Translations under genes and position numbers: made by a program
Part shown: positions 63,811-64,000 of the stretch, piece by piece
How positions within the stretch are numbered: the first letter of the stretch is position 1
Layout: every line of letters starts with the position of its first letter
The notes under the pieces: model-generated
What the model was told of the DNA's origin: nothing
The model's database searches: none
The model's input: the letters and a program-made list of their open reading frames with translations, nothing else
Assembly: GCA_002269645.1 (NCBI GenBank)
Contig: NIVC01000522.1
Span: 62,001-126,000, forward strand
Origin: Macrostomum lignano
Lineage: Eukaryota
Reading direction: 5' to 3'
Length of the DNA: 64,000 bases

Positions 63811-64000
63811 AACGTTGGCGCAAAGGTGGACTGCGGCCTCTTCTTATTAAAGAACACGCAGTACTTTGGCTTTTTAAGCCTCCAGTGCAGTCTTCAACAA
63901 ATTTCCAATCGGAAACCAACCATTTTTATTTACACACTGGAAGGTTTAAGAAAACTGAATGCAACATTTGAGCTGTCAGAAAAGTTTTCCATCGAACGGC

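Overview
Eukaryotic (metazoan) genomic DNA with GC-rich exons and introns packed with minisatellites. This composition suggests a flatworm such as Macrostomum, but the species is an inference. Two spliced minus-strand genes could be reconstructed by hand with consistent splice phases: separase (6 exons, 10176->654, about 1203 aa, peptidase C50 at the C-terminus) and junctophilin (8 exons, 51966->29599, about 915 aa, MORN repeats plus C-terminal TM anchor). Between them lies a 9954-bp Polinton/Maverick-like endogenous virus (17438-27391) with a 6-bp TSD (TGCCTT) and 834/683-bp TIRs. It encodes an RVE integrase with chromodomain, minor and major capsid proteins, an adenain-like protease, a packaging ATPase and small core-like proteins, but no protein-primed DNA polymerase. 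The most striking observation is a divergent TATA-binding-protein (TBP)-like ORF in this element (24325-24804). A CTATAAATA box recurs upstream of several of its genes, and the TBP-like ORF lacks an ATG but has an in-frame splice acceptor. Also present are RNase H-bearing LINE fragments, two copies of a tRNA-derived SINE, a MITE and about 25 tandem arrays. Coordinates were read by eye, so repeat boundaries are approximate.
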